This document shows positions 63,998 through 64,000 of a stretch of DNA of 64,000 nt, piece after piece. A model generated the notes under the pieces. That model was given only the letters and a program-made list of their open reading frames with translations. It did not search any database and was not told the origin of the DNA. Every line of letters begins with the position of its first letter. Within the stretch, counting starts at the first letter, position 1. The position numbers and the translations under genes are program-made. The stretch is from an uncultured Chlorobiaceae bacterium (GTDB lineage Bacteria > Bacteroidota > Chlorobiia > Chlorobiales > Chlorobiaceae): positions 52,768 to 116,767 of the forward strand of contig CAJEXW010000003.1 in the NCBI GenBank assembly GCA_903994525.1. Reading direction: 5' to 3'.

Positions 63998-64000
63998 GAA

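Overview
The gene set and order (bchC-like MDR, hrcA-grpE-dnaJ, DUF2934, proS type) suggest a chromosomal segment of a green sulfur bacterium (Chlorobiaceae; inference). Most of the window is housekeeping: Ca-type P-ATPase, SOD, coaE, tatC, polyprenyl synthase, proBA, proS, prmC, hrcA-grpE-dnaJ, malic enzyme, gap, mpl, rnr, pfkA. The main accessory region is a largely AT-rich, partly decayed defence/toxin-antitoxin island of about 11.6 kb (17.9-29.5 kb) between lolD and proA, with every gene on the minus strand. From its 5' end it carries a PD-(D/E)XK-like nuclease, a M.PvuII-like methyltransferase, a split SF1 helicase-nuclease, vapBC, a HEPN gene with a nonsense codon plus partner, Septu-like ptuA/ptuB, DUF2442, an orphan antitoxin, a frameshifted hicA, hicB and a Qac-like SMR pump. 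It also holds two attC-like hairpins at gene boundaries and a diverged 94-bp duplicate of the ptuA 5' end; no integrase or tRNA is in the window. Elsewhere: a multiheme cytochrome c missed by the ORF track, a type I secretion cluster with two ABC subunits and glycosylation genes, a prmC frameshift at a G9 run, and a TetR-controlled MacAB-like exporter. All protein assignments are from motif recognition only, no searches were run, and frameshifts could be assembly errors.
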